Shown here one piece after another: positions 1 through 12,151 of a DNA stretch of 64,000 nucleotides (position 1 is the stretch's first letter; every line of letters starts with the position of its first letter). The notes beneath the pieces are model-generated. The model ran no database searches. It was not told where the DNA came from and saw only the letters and a program-made list of their open reading frames with translations. The position numbers were made by a program, and so were the translations under genes. This DNA comes from an uncultured Gammaproteobacteria bacterium (lineage in GTDB: Bacteria > Pseudomonadota > Gammaproteobacteria > JABCZS01), in NCBI GenBank assembly GCA_963848305.1, contig CAWKDC010000003.1:160001-224000 (forward strand). The letters run 5' to 3'.

Positions 1-332
1 TTCAAGCAGATCCACGTGCGCAATTTATTTTAGGTGCTCATTCAATCGCGGACAGTGAGCATGAAATAACGATCGTGCAGGATGGTCAAGTTAACACTTA
101 TGTGATTGACAGAACGTTTGTGGATCAAGACAATGTTCGTGTGATTGTCGATTATAAAACAGGCAATCCCTCGCATGAGTCCCAAGGACTCGGCCGTTAC
201 CGTGAGCAGTTGTTCTCGTACGCGCGCGTGATGCAAACGCTGGAATCACGCTCCATTCGATTATGTTTGTATTTTCCCTTAACAGGTGATTATAGAGAAG
301 AAATGTATTCAGCATCAGAGGTGATATCATGA
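1..332 (+). CDS. C-terminal PD-(D/E)XK nuclease domain of an AddA/RecB-type helicase-nuclease (5' end outside window)
   Basis: Frame open from base 3; motif VIDRTFVD...IVDYKTG...QLFSY typical of RecB-family nuclease domains; overlaps next gene (ATGA). Confidence 0.75.
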   Translation, partial: QADPRAQFILGAHSIADSEHEITIVQDGQVNTYVIDRTFVDQDNVRVIVDYKTGNPSHESQGLGRYREQLFSYARVMQTLESRSIRLCLYFPLTGDYREEMYSASEVIS

Positions 333-1198
333 GCAATCCTTTAACGATCAGTATTTCATCGCGTGCCTTATTTGATCTGACTGACAGCCATCATGTCTTT
401 GAAACCCAAGGCATTGAAGCTTACGCACAATATCAGATTGCCAGAGAAAATGAACCCCTCGCGCCAGGCGCGGCATTTCCCTTGGTCAAAAAGTTGTTGG
501 CATTGAATCATGATCACAAGGCTCCCATTGTCGAGGTGATTCTGCTCTCTCGAAACAGTGCAGACACGGGTCTGCGCATTTTCAATTCCATTCAACATTA
601 TGGATTAGACATGACACGCGCAGTTTTTACGGGTGGGCGTTCGACATATGATTATGTGTCAGCATTGAATACTCACTTGTTTTTGTCCAGTGATCCTGTA
701 GAAGTGCGTAAAGCTTTGGATGCCAAGTTGGCAGCAGCCACCATTTTGCCAACTGCCCCGCAGGCCATGCCTCACACTGAATTGCGGATTGCATTCGACG
801 GTGATGCAGTGCTCTTCGACAGTGCATCTCAACGTATTTATGATACACATGGTTTAGATTCATTCAATGATCATGAGAAACAAGCGGCACATTGTCCCTT
901 GGATGGAGGACCATTCAAAAATTTTCTCGCGCAATTGGCGGAGATTCAATCCCTTTATCCTGCAGATGCTTCTCCGATCCGCACTGCTTTGGTCACGGCA
1001 CGCAGCGCGCCTGCACATGAGCGGGTGATCCGCACGCTTCGAGATTGGCATATCCGCATTGATGAAGCCTTGTTTTTGGGCGGAAAAGACAAGGCCGCTT
1101 TCTTAAAGGCGTTTGGCGCAGATTTATATTTTGATGATCAAATGAAATATTGTGACAGCGCGAAGCATGTGGTGGCGACGGGGCATGTGCCCCAATAA
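329..1198 (+). CDS. 5'-nucleotidase (cytosolic NT5C1/HAD-like family)
   Basis: Motifs ISSRALFD, ILLSRNS, RIAFDGDAVLF, LVTARSAPAHERV, FDDQ. Confidence 0.9.
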   Translation: MSNPLTISISSRALFDLTDSHHVFETQGIEAYAQYQIARENEPLAPGAAFPLVKKLLALNHDHKAPIVEVILLSRNSADTGLRIFNSIQHYGLDMTRAVFTGGRSTYDYVSALNTHLFLSSDPVEVRKALDAKLAAATILPTAPQAMPHTELRIAFDGDAVLFDSASQRIYDTHGLDSFNDHEKQAAHCPLDGGPFKNFLAQLAEIQSLYPADASPIRTALVTARSAPAHERVIRTLRDWHIRIDEALFLGGKDKAAFLKAFGADLYFDDQMKYCDSAKHVVATGHVPQ

Positions 1199-1202
1199 TT
1201 CA

Positions 1203-1240
1203 TCGCGCCTTCGGCGCATGGGAGGAAGTATCCGCCCCTA
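1203..1240 (-). repeat. REP-like palindrome (TAGGGGCGGATACTTCC...) overlapping the DUF3579 stop codon
   Basis: Near-identical to the copy at 11628; followed by a GCGCC-GAA-GGCGC hairpin. Confidence 0.65.
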
Positions 1241-1537
1241 AAGGTTCGGATCAATCTCATCCTTATTCCCAATCTTCAACTTATTCGCCTTGGCGAACGC
1301 TATCAGTTGATGATAAACCTCTGGGTTGGTTTCTTTCAGGCTTTCATCCACGTAAACGCACTTGTTGCCGTCTTTCATCCCAGGTTTTAGCAGGGGAGAA
1401 TAGGTAATACGGTGGTTATGGAAGGTGGCCAATCGGCCGCTGACGCGCTCAGCCCAATCGCTGGGACGGAATGACTCACCTGTCTCAGTGACGCCCTCGA
1501 TGATGAATTGCTTTTTGTCTTCTTTATCTTGTCCCAT
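1238..1537 (-). CDS. DUF3579 family protein
   Basis: IIEGVT..G..FRPSDWAER signature; ATG at 1537 with GAGAGG upstream. Confidence 0.8.
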   Translation of the reverse strand: MGQDKEDKKQFIIEGVTETGESFRPSDWAERVSGRLATFHNHRITYSPLLKPGMKDGNKCVYVDESLKETNPEVYHQLIAFAKANKLKIGNKDEIDPNL

Positions 1538-1722
1538 ATATACCTCTCGTACCTGAAGATGCGAATCCTGGCTGCCTCGTGCAGACCTCTTTTGGGTTTT
1601 ACTCAATCGAAAAGTTTAGCCGTGCAATAAGCACTGTCTGCGACTTTTCTCAATCTTAAAACCCAAAATAGGCCCACACGGGATTGCCAACCCCTCGCAT
1701 CTTCAGGTACGAGAGGTATATA
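1537..1722. mobile_element. ERIC/IRU-like MITE, 186 bp, with perfect 28-bp terminal inverted repeats
   Basis: TATATACCTCTCGTACCTGAAGATGCGA (1537-1564) and its exact reverse complement (1695-1722); inner TTTTGGGTTTTA/TAAAACCCAAAA repeat; TA ends; second copy at 17891. Confidence 0.75.
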
Positions 1723-1804
1723 ACCTTCTAGATAACCTAAACGTATGATATCCTCAAAACAGCTTACTGTCCACTTCTATGGGCACTCATGGTAAACTGC
1801 CTGG

Positions 1805-3063
1805 ATGAACGCAATACCCTTGAGCACACGCGCGCGACCCCAGACCTTGGACGATTTCTTCGGCCAGAGTCAATTATTGGGTCCGTCAGGGGGCTTGAGC
1901 CAGGCATTGAAGGCCGGCAAACTCCACAGCATGATTTTCTGGGGCCGCCAGGGACTGGCAAAACAACCCTTGCGCACATCATTGCTCAGCATTTTCAGGC
2001 GGAGTTTCACGCCTTATCGGCTGTCATGGCTGGGGTCAAGGATATTCGAGATGTGGCCACGGCGGCTGAACGTTCAGATAAACCGACACTCCTTTTTTTA
2101 GATGAAATTCACCGTTTCAATAAATCTCAACAAGATGCGCTGTTACCTTATGTTGAGTCAGGACTCATCACCTTGATAGGCGCAACGACTGAAAACCCCT
2201 CATTTGCTTTGAACAATGCGTTGCTGTCGCGAGCCCGGGTGTATGTTTTGAAAGCACTTGAGGAATCGGCGATTGAAGGGATATTGGATCGGGCCTTACG
2301 CTACGTAGACAGCCCCAAGGCTTTGTCTGCGGAGGCACGTGCTGCCATTGCCAAGTCTGCCGATGGGGATGCTCGACGAGCCCTGAACAGCCTTGAAATG
2401 GCCCTCGATTTAACACCGGATGGTCAGAGCATCACCCCTGAAATCATCGCAGAAGTCATCAAAAATACCTTGTTGCGGTTTGATAAGCAAGGGGATGCTT
2501 GGTACGACCAAATATCTGCCCTGCATAAATCAGTGAGGGGTTCGGATCCCGACGCCGCCTTGTATTGGCTTGCGCGGATGCTGGTGGGAGGGTGCGATCC
2601 CCTTTACCTGGCGCGACGTATCGTGCGGATGAGCAATGAGGATATTGGCAATGCCGATCCCCGTGCATTTGATCTGGCCATGAATGCCTGGCAGGCCATG
2701 GAACGAATGGGGACGCCAGAAGGGGAGTTGGCCTTGGCACAAGCTGTCGTGTATATGGCGTGTGCACCCAAAAGTAACGCCGTCTATAAAGCGTTCAATG
2801 CAGCGATGGAAAGTGCACAGCGATCGGGTTCTCTGCCAGTGCCTGTGCATCTGTGCAATGCCCCAACAGCACTGCTAAAATCATTAGGGCATGGCAGAGA
2901 GTATCGTTATCCACATGACGCACCCAATGCGTACATTCCTAACGAGCATTATTTTCCTGATAAAATGCCCAAACAGTCATTTTATCAGCCCGTGTCGAGA
3001 GGCTTGGAAATACAGATCAAAGAAAAATTGGAATCACTGAGGGGCTTATGCAACCAATCGTAG
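1805..3063 (+). CDS. rarA: Replication-associated recombination protein A (AAA+), one frameshift near 1943
   Basis: PL..R.RP.TLDDFFGQ N-terminus in one frame; GPPGTGKTT, LFLDEIHRFNKSQQD, SALHKSVRGSD in the other; G-run one base short. Confidence 0.92.
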
Positions 3064-3803
3064 AAAATCGCCGGAAAGGGATATACTTACTTCCTAACTT
3101 ATTTACAACCGCCGGCTTGTTTGCTGGATTTTACGCGATTGTTGCAGCCATGCGCGGTCACTTTGATATTGCGGCAACGGCGATATTCATTGCCATGGTG
3201 ATGGATGGCTTGGACGGTCGTATCGCGCGCCTCACACACACAGAGAGCGCCTTTGGTGCGCAATATGATAGCTTGGCTGACATGGTCGCTTTCGGGGCTG
3301 CACCAGCCTTGGTGATTTACACGTGGAGTCTGAATACACTCAAGCTTGGGTGGCTTGTTGCATTCATGTATGCAGCGGCAGGTGCGTTGCGATTGGCGCG
3401 CTTCAACACGCAGATGGCGAAAGTGGATAAAAGTTTTTTTGTCGGCTTAGCAATCACACCTTCTGCAGGTGTGATTGCAGGCTATGTACTTCTGTTAGAC
3501 AGCCTCGGTGTTGCACAAAAGAGTGCAGCAGTTGCGGGTTCCGTGCTCACAGTGCTGATCGCGATGTTGATGGTGAGCAACATTCGTTATAATAGTTTCA
3601 AAAATATTGATCTGAAGGGTCATGTACCATTCATGGCATTACTGTTGGTAGTGTTGATATTTGTTGGCATTGCGATTGATCCGCCCATCATGTTGTTTGT
3701 GATCTTTGCTGTTTACGCTGCATCTGGTCCCATTTGGTTTCTGCGTCGTCATGGTTGGCGTGGCATCATCAATATGTTTTATCGCAGAAAGGGTGTTGGC
3801 TAA
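3048..3803 (+). CDS. pssA: CDP-diacylglycerol--serine O-phosphatidyltransferase
   Basis: GIYLLPNLFT, DGLDGRIAR...G..YDSLAD CDP-alcohol phosphotransferase motif. Confidence 0.93.
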   Translation: MQPIVENRRKGIYLLPNLFTTAGLFAGFYAIVAAMRGHFDIAATAIFIAMVMDGLDGRIARLTHTESAFGAQYDSLADMVAFGAAPALVIYTWSLNTLKLGWLVAFMYAAAGALRLARFNTQMAKVDKSFFVGLAITPSAGVIAGYVLLLDSLGVAQKSAAVAGSVLTVLIAMLMVSNIRYNSFKNIDLKGHVPFMALLLVVLIFVGIAIDPPIMLFVIFAVYAASGPIWFLRRHGWRGIINMFYRRKGVG

Positions 3804-3822
3804 AAAAATATTCAAAATCCTC

Positions 3823-3851
3823 TTGCATAATTTTGCACATGCCAATACAAT
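3823..3851 (+). promoter_or_regulatory. Putative sigma70 promoter of the response regulator
   Basis: TTGCAT-17 bp-TACAAT, about 50 bp before ATG 3901. Confidence 0.5.
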
Positions 3852-3900
3852 GTCAAAAATCAAACACACAAGTTGGTTAACATCAAATAAGCGAGAGATT

Positions 3901-4617
3901 ATGCGAATTTTACTGGTTGAAGATGACGAAATGATTGGCAAAGCTATTTGTGATTCACTTTCTAAACGTGATTACACGGTTGATTGGTTGAAGGATGGTC
4001 AAAGCGCTGAGATGGCATTGCTTTCTCGCGATGTCACTGATCAACATTTCAGTGCAGTGATACTAGATGCAGGTTTGCCAAAACGTGACGGATTGGAAGT
4101 ATTGAAAAATGTGCGCAGTAAAGGCGTTAAAATTCCTATCTTGATGTTGTCTGCACGCGGATCAGATGAAGACATGAAAAATGGTCTTGATTTAGGTGCG
4201 GATGATTATGTTGCTAAACCTTTTTCAATTGACGTATTATGTGCACGTTTACGTGCGATTCAACGTCGCAGTGTTGGTCGTGCTGTCACAACAATCGATT
4301 ATGGTAACGTGCGTTTGGATCCGCGATCAAACTCAGTGTACATTCACGAAGATCGTATTTCAATTTCGCACCGCGAATATACATTGTTGCATAAGTTGTT
4401 AGACAATGCTGGCGAAGTTGTGCCACGTGAAGTATTATCACAATGCATCTACGGATGGGATGCAGAAGTCGAGAGTAATGCCGTTGAGGTGCATGTGCAT
4501 AACTTGCGTCGTAAATTGCGTGTTGATTTGATCAAGACGATTCGGGGTGTCGGGTATATCATCGATTTGCCCATGCTCGGTGTTCAAGCGTCAAAACGTG
4601 AAGCAGTGGTTTGCTAA
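3901..4617 (+). CDS. OmpR-family response regulator (QseB/PmrA-like), no adjacent kinase
   Basis: MRILLVEDD, ILDAGLP (phospho-Asp), GADDYVAKPF, winged helix VEVHVHNLRRKL...TIRGVGY. Confidence 0.88.
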   Translation: MRILLVEDDEMIGKAICDSLSKRDYTVDWLKDGQSAEMALLSRDVTDQHFSAVILDAGLPKRDGLEVLKNVRSKGVKIPILMLSARGSDEDMKNGLDLGADDYVAKPFSIDVLCARLRAIQRRSVGRAVTTIDYGNVRLDPRSNSVYIHEDRISISHREYTLLHKLLDNAGEVVPREVLSQCIYGWDAEVESNAVEVHVHNLRRKLRVDLIKTIRGVGYIIDLPMLGVQASKREAVVC

Positions 4618-4627
4618 GCGAGTTGAG

Positions 4628-4721
4628 ATCGGGTTGTATGATGCCAAACCTGTCTGGTAAGGAAGTCAGACGGTGCGGACACGGATGAACACTAAGCGTG
4701 TTTGGCATCATACAACCCGAT
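4628..4721. repeat. 94-bp palindromic element with perfect 22-bp inverted arms; possible bidirectional terminator
   Basis: ATCGGGTTGTATGATGCCAAAC...GTTTGGCATCATACAACCCGAT between convergent genes; related copy near 47390. Confidence 0.7.
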
Positions 4722-4785
4722 TAATTCACTTTTATCGATAGCCGTTCTTTGTTCAAATATATTACCAATCTTAGATGCATAGCAT

Positions 4786-6096
4786 TCAAATCACTTCTGA
4801 ACGAACTGTGCCATTTTTCACCCGTGTCACCAATTGATCACCGGCTTTAACATCATTCACACTCAACACCGCTTTGCCATCCCTCGTCATGGTGATACTG
4901 TAGCCGCGATCTAACACGGCCAAAGGACTTAATGCATGCATTTCTCGGCCTAAACTGCCAAGATATTGTGTTTTCAGTGACAACATATTGTCCATGGCAG
5001 ATGTTAAACGAGATTCAAGCAGGGTTCTACGTGTTGCATTCGCCTCTAATAAAATACGGGGATGACAATGTGACAAGCGATTTTCAATCGCATTGATCAG
5101 CATGAATGATCGTTGCAGTTTATTTGATAGTAAATAGCTTAATCTTTGCGTGAGCAAATCGACACGTTGCATCATGTTGCGCAACACATCGCCAGGATGA
5201 ACCAAGCTCTTTGTCAGCAATGCCAAACGTTGCGACTCTTGTTGTAAGCGCTGTTGCATTGTGCGTTCAAGTTTTTGCGTGAGCATGTTCAAGCGATGCA
5301 GTAATGCGATTTGATCGGGGCTGGCCAATTCAGCAGCAGCCGTTGGTGTGGCCGCGCGCAAATCTGCAACGAAATCTGCAATGGTCACATCTGTTTCATG
5401 TCCCACACCACTGATGATTGGAATACGGCTCGCAAAAATCGCGCGCGCGACATTTTCTTCGTTAAACGCGAATAAATCTTCAAGTGATCCGCCGCCGCGT
5501 GCCACAATCAATAGCTCAGCTTGTGCGTGCTTGTTCGCATTTTCTATTGCTTGAACAATTTGCGCGCTGGCTTCTTTGCCTTGTACGAGTGTTGGATAAA
5601 TGATGACACGCATCAGTGGGAAACGACGCTCGAGTGTGTGCAGCATGTCCTGCAATGCAGCCCCTGTCGGAGAAGTCACAATGCCCAGCGTTTGCACAAA
5701 AGCGGGAATGGCTTTTTTATGTTCAGGTGAAAACAAGCCTTCATGTGCGAGTTTTGCTTTCAATAATTCGAATGCACGTTGCAATGCGCCGAGACCCGCT
5801 TCTTCCATGTGTTCAACGATGAGTTGATAATCTCCGCGGGCTTCATAAATACTCACACGCGCGCGTGCCAATACTTTCATGCCGTTGCGAAATAGCGGCG
5901 CAGATCCACGCAACTGCCCTTTAAAAAAGGCGGCACGTACTTGTGCTTTATCATCTTTCAATGAAAAATAGAGATGGCCTGACGGTGCTCGCGTGAAATT
6001 TGATATTTCACCTTCGACCCACACAACACCTAACGTGTCGAGAAGCGATTTTGCCACCTGATTCAGTGCACTGATGGAAAGAATGGGTTTGTTCAT
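4786..6096 (-). CDS. xseA: Exodeoxyribonuclease VII large subunit
   Basis: VWVEGEISN...SGHLYFSLKD, ARGGGSLEDL, GHETD, RAATPTAAAE. Confidence 0.96.
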   Translation of the reverse strand: MNKPILSISALNQVAKSLLDTLGVVWVEGEISNFTRAPSGHLYFSLKDDKAQVRAAFFKGQLRGSAPLFRNGMKVLARARVSIYEARGDYQLIVEHMEEAGLGALQRAFELLKAKLAHEGLFSPEHKKAIPAFVQTLGIVTSPTGAALQDMLHTLERRFPLMRVIIYPTLVQGKEASAQIVQAIENANKHAQAELLIVARGGGSLEDLFAFNEENVARAIFASRIPIISGVGHETDVTIADFVADLRAATPTAAAELASPDQIALLHRLNMLTQKLERTMQQRLQQESQRLALLTKSLVHPGDVLRNMMQRVDLLTQRLSYLLSNKLQRSFMLINAIENRLSHCHPRILLEANATRRTLLESRLTSAMDNMLSLKTQYLGSLGREMHALSPLAVLDRGYSITMTRDGKAVLSVNDVKAGDQLVTRVKNGTVRSEVI

Positions 6097-8372
6097 ATTA
6101 GCGTTGCTGTTACTCTTGATGATGCGCTGGCCGGTGGCACTGTTGTATCGGGTTTATAAAAGAATAGCACAGGATTTAAAGTGTTGTTGTCATTGAGTTT
6201 TAAACTGCTGGTAGAGCGTGAAACGCTATTATTGCGAGAGGTTTTTTTATCAGAATCCGCTTCGGTGTTTTGGAGGGTGATCCATTGGTAGAAATCGCTC
6301 CCCCATTTTGATAGAATCTCACAGGTACTTCGACCACCGTGCCACATATTGAAAAGCTCCTTCATGGGTTTGTCTCTATTCTTAAGGATTCGTTCGCGTT
6401 CAGTGTTAATCACCAGATACATCAATCCAAAGAAAAGTCCCACGGCAGCGCCGACTATCATGCCCACATACATCCCATCAAGGTGTGGCATGTCCAGATC
6501 ATCCGTTTTATCAAAAAATCTGGGTAAGGTGAAACCCAGTGACAGGCCGCGCATCGCGAATTTCATGAAAGCACTGTATTCAAAAAACGCACCTAAAAAG
6601 GCCCAGCCGGGAGAAGTGTTTTGGTATGAGCTAGACTCTTTATCGACTAGACTGATCTCTTTAAGTTCATTTAAAAGTTTTTGTTCATTTTCTGTTAAGG
6701 GGATTTTGCCATTTAATTTAAGCGCGTCTGCTTTTATATGACATTGTTTAAGCACATGTTCTTCATCAGCTTCTCGATCGAGCTTCCATTTTTCTTCTCG
6801 CAACGAAAAGAACATATAAATCAAGTCGAGTGTCACGGCCAATAACACAAAAGCGCTGACGATGGCCATGTCTTGTTCGGGTGTCACATGATGATCGGTG
6901 ATGATGTCTGGATCATGCTGCTCTGCATCCTCTGACATGGTGAAAAAAGTGTAGAAAGTGAGAGGCCGTCGCCCAAGTGAGAAAAGAATGAGGAAGACAG
7001 GTAGCATTTTTAGGTAAATGAGGTGAGAAAAACCCCAGTTCAATGGATTTTGCATCCAGCGGTGTGAATGCATTTTTTCCGCAGGGACTGGGTTGCTATT
7101 CTCATGGTTCGCCTTTTTTTCAAGGTTCATGATCAGTGTGGATAACAGAACATCATGATGTTTGCTTTTGATCTTTCTCTTCTCTTTTTCGCATGTATCA
7201 ATAAAATCTTGTTTTTTAAATTCAAGCTGCGTTGCTCGAAGTGAAGCAAGCCATATTAAGAAGCAGGCTGCGCCGATCATGATCCCTACATGCTCATTAT
7301 CCAGGACGCTATCTCCACGCTTCGCTACAGTGATGGCATGAAGAATCAGCAGTACGCTCGCGAGCCTGAGCGGGATTTTAATGGCTTGAACAAATTCCAG
7401 AAAACGCATGGTTTCCAGGTCGAATGTGTGCGAGTAGGAAAAATTTTTCCTGGACACATTTTCAGACGCTTCTTCGATCAGCTCGATAATGTTGAGTATT
7501 TTTCCATCTTTATCTTTTTTTCCATGAATCGCAGCTTGTTCGTATCTTTTAATCAAATAATCTTTATCAATATCGGCTTGGATCAATAATTGATGTATGA
7601 AAATATCATTTTTAAGTGCCAATATAATTTTTTTATGATTAGCGTTATGCAATGTTTTAATTGCTTTGTCCTTGACATTGTTTAATATTGTTTTTGCTTC
7701 CTGTGTAGTCAGTCCTTTTGTTTTTAAATTTTCCTCTGTTTCCGGGAACGCTTTTTCTGCCTCGAGCGCTTCTTTGTATTCGTCATACCCATTATTCACT
7801 TTCCATTTATCTTTGTGTTCCATTTGTTTGAAAAATAACATGTCGGTGATGATAAAAAGGGTTGTTAAGACGGGGACAGCAATGATCAGCGACATTTCGA
7901 AAAATGATTCTTCCTCTCCAAAGAAATTGACGGAGGTCATGGTGATACGGCCAAATCCGCCGACCAAAATAATACAGGGGATGAGTTGGAGCGCGTGCAG
8001 GTATCCTAGATTTTTATCAGCCTTCTTCTTGTCTTCGTCACCAAAAAGGAGGGGGGATGAAGAGATAAGTGGTTGATGTTCGGTCACAGTACTGGGGATA
8101 CTGGATGAGCTGAGTATAATGGGTTGATTTTGAGTGTGGGCACTCCCGGTAGGGTATGTATCAATTATTGGAGAAATAGAGGCCGTAGCAGTAGTCGTAC
8201 CGGTTGAGCTTGATCTTGGGTGCTCAGGGTTGTTCACGAAAGATGTTCCTTCCAGGCTGCGAGGGGAACTCCTTATGTCGCCATCATTATAGTCTTTGAT
8301 TGGAACGATTGTGTTGCTGAGTTGGTTAGTATTGACGGGAGGGGTTTTTTTACGGACCGGCAGTGAATTCAT
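6093..8372 (-). CDS. Large hypothetical multi-TM protein with internal duplication (candidate effector)
   Basis: About 759-aa ORF, Ser/Thr-rich ends, two similar four-TM modules; no recognised family. Confidence 0.7.
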   Translation of the reverse strand: MNSLPVRKKTPPVNTNQLSNTIVPIKDYNDGDIRSSPRSLEGTSFVNNPEHPRSSSTGTTTATASISPIIDTYPTGSAHTQNQPIILSSSSIPSTVTEHQPLISSSPLLFGDEDKKKADKNLGYLHALQLIPCIILVGGFGRITMTSVNFFGEEESFFEMSLIIAVPVLTTLFIITDMLFFKQMEHKDKWKVNNGYDEYKEALEAEKAFPETEENLKTKGLTTQEAKTILNNVKDKAIKTLHNANHKKIILALKNDIFIHQLLIQADIDKDYLIKRYEQAAIHGKKDKDGKILNIIELIEEASENVSRKNFSYSHTFDLETMRFLEFVQAIKIPLRLASVLLILHAITVAKRGDSVLDNEHVGIMIGAACFLIWLASLRATQLEFKKQDFIDTCEKEKRKIKSKHHDVLLSTLIMNLEKKANHENSNPVPAEKMHSHRWMQNPLNWGFSHLIYLKMLPVFLILFSLGRRPLTFYTFFTMSEDAEQHDPDIITDHHVTPEQDMAIVSAFVLLAVTLDLIYMFFSLREEKWKLDREADEEHVLKQCHIKADALKLNGKIPLTENEQKLLNELKEISLVDKESSSYQNTSPGWAFLGAFFEYSAFMKFAMRGLSLGFTLPRFFDKTDDLDMPHLDGMYVGMIVGAAVGLFFGLMYLVINTERERILKNRDKPMKELFNMWHGGRSTCEILSKWGSDFYQWITLQNTEADSDKKTSRNNSVSRSTSSLKLNDNNTLNPVLFFYKPDTTVPPASASSRVTATLI

Positions 8373-8484
8373 CGGGGGATCCACCCGATTGAGTATTTTT
8401 TAGCGTCTCTTCCGTTGCCACAAACATAAAATGGGAATCCAAGACTGATTGCGGGCATTCTAACAAAAGTTTGACAATTAGTAA

Positions 8485-10032
<1,548 letters not shown>

Positions 10033-10038
10033 TTGTTC

Positions 10039-11597
10039 ATGTCCAAACTTGATCTCCACCGCGACAATATCCTGATTTTGGATTTTGGCTCGCAGTATAC
10101 CCAACTTATCGCCCGTCGCATTCGTGATATGGGTGTGTTCAGTGAAATCGAACCGTATGATTGCAGCGAAGCCGAGATCCTGGCGCTGAAACCCAAAGGC
10201 ATTATTTTGTCAGGCGGTCCTGAATCTGTGACGGAAATGGGTTCTCCCAAAGCCCCTGACATTGTGTTCAAACTCGGTATCCCTGTGCTGGGTATTTGCT
10301 ACGGCATGCAAACCATGGTCCAACAATGTGGCGGGCAGGTGGGGAGTGTGGCGCATCGCGAATTTGGATCCGCCATGGTTGACATATTGGCGCCGCATCC
10401 TGTGTTCGCAGGGTTAAGTGAAGCGGTGATTGATGTGTGGATGAGCCACGGAGACAGCGTGGTCGAGATGCCGCCTGATTTTTTTGTACTGGCATCCACC
10501 CTTGCGTGCCCGATTGTCGCGGTGGCGCATCGCACGAAACCGTGGGTGGGCGTACAATTTCATCCTGAAGTCAGCCACACGCCGCAAGGGGAGCAAATGC
10601 TGCAACAATTTGTGTTGCAGATGTGTCAATGTGAAGCATTGTGGCGTCCTGATGCGATTATCGATGCAGCTGTGTCACATGTTCGCGAATTGGTAGGGCA
10701 AGATAAGGTTATTTTAGCGTTATCAGGTGGGGTGGATTCCTCTGTCGTCGCTGCATTATTGCATAAAGCAATCGGTGCACAACTAACGTGTGTGTTTGTC
10801 GATACAGGTTTATTGCGATTGCACGAGAGCGATGAAGTGATGCGTGTGATGCAAGCACATTTTGGGATCAATATCATTCGTGTCTCCGCACAACAGCGTT
10901 TTTTTGATGCATTAAAAGGATTGAGCGATCCTGAAGCCAAACGTAAAGCGATCGGTGCATTATTCATCACCATTTTTGAAGAAGAAGCTGCAAAAATCAA
11001 GGATGCAAAATGGTTAGCGCAAGGCACGATTTATCCGGATGTGGTGGAATCTGCTAAAACCGTTCATGGCAAAGCCCACGTGATCAAATCACACCATAAT
11101 GTCGGCGGTCTGCCTGAGAATATGTCATTAAAATTGATTGAACCATTGCGCGAATTATTCAAAGATGAAGTGCGTCGATTGGGGGTGACATTGGGGTTGC
11201 CACATGAGCGCGTATATTGTCATCCATTTCCTGGCCCGGGTTAGCGGTGCGTGTATTGGGAGAAGTCACCCCAGCAGCAGTGGCAATATTGCAAAAAGCC
11301 GATGCGATTTTCATGGAAGAACTTCGTTTACAGGGTTGGTATGATAAAACGGCACAGGCATTTGCAGTGTATATTCCTCAAAAATCTGTCGCTGTGATGG
11401 GCGATGCGCGTGTTTACGCGGACGTGATCGCATTGCGTGCAGTAGAAAGCATCGATTTCATGACCGCGCATTGGGCACGTTTGCCGTATGATTTATTGGA
11501 TCGCGTATCAAGCCGTATTGTCAATGAAGTGAAAGGCATTTCACGCGTCACGTATGATATCAGCAGCAAACCACCCGCGACGATTGAGTGGGAGTGA
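10039..11597 (+). CDS. guaA: GMP synthase, one frameshift near 11238
   Basis: [28 protein letters not shown]|LAVR split across frames, [10 protein letters not shown]-terminus. Confidence 0.96.
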
Positions 11598-11627
11598 ATA
11601 TTGGATAAAAATGAACAGGCCCTTTTC

Positions 11628-11650
11628 GTAGGGGCGGATACTTCCGCCCA
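11628..11650 (+). repeat. REP-like palindrome
   Basis: GTAGGGGCGGATACTTCCGCCCA. Confidence 0.65.
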
Positions 11651-11674
11651 CGGATGGCGGCGACAGGGGAATCA

Positions 11675-12121
11675 ATGAATTCATTTCAATACATGCAGCT
11701 CGCCCTTGATCAAGCCCGCATCGGCGCAGCGCGCGGCGAAGTACCTGTTGGCGCTGTGATTGTCAGTAATGATGTTGTGATTGCTAAGGCACATAATACG
11801 CCGATTGGATTGAACGATCCTTGTGCACATGCTGAAATCCTTGCCCTACGCGAAGCAGGACGTGTCCAAGAAAATTATCGATTAAATAATGCCGTGATTT
11901 ATGTCACACTGGAACCTTGTCCTATGTGTGTGTACGCCATGATACATGCACGCATATCGCGTTGTGTATTTGCCACGTCCGATCCAAAAACAGGTGCAAT
12001 GGGCGGCGCAATCGATTTATGCAAACTTCATCCCTGGAACCATACACTTCAAGTCGAGAGCGGTGTGTGTGCAGAAGAAAGTGCGGCGATGTTGAAACAG
12101 TTCTTTAAAGATAAAAGATAA
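11675..12121 (+). CDS. tadA: tRNA adenosine(34) deaminase
   Basis: GEVPVGAV, HAE and PCxxC zinc motifs, DPKTGA. Confidence 0.95.
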   Translation: MNSFQYMQLALDQARIGAARGEVPVGAVIVSNDVVIAKAHNTPIGLNDPCAHAEILALREAGRVQENYRLNNAVIYVTLEPCPMCVYAMIHARISRCVFATSDPKTGAMGGAIDLCKLHPWNHTLQVESGVCAEESAAMLKQFFKDKR

Positions 12122-12125
12122 TACT

Positions 12126-12151
12126 GTGGGGGCGCATATTTGCGCCCCTAC
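12126..12151 (-). repeat. REP-like palindrome overlapping the aroC stop codon
   Basis: Minus strand GTAGGGGCGCAAATATGCGCCCCCAC. Confidence 0.7.

Noticed and set aside
1538-1606. Longer start for the DUF3579 ORF, and upstream part of ORF 17796-18182
   Set aside because: Both are read-through of the MITE (shared R.V/RY-M junction), not conserved protein
3706-3900. N-terminal extension of the response regulator
   Set aside because: Overlaps pssA and the promoter; the canonical MRILLVEDD start is at 3901
10039-11597. Calling guaA, fabV, secF, aroA and others pseudogenes or programmed frameshifts
   Set aside because: Single indels in otherwise intact genes across the window point to sequencing error
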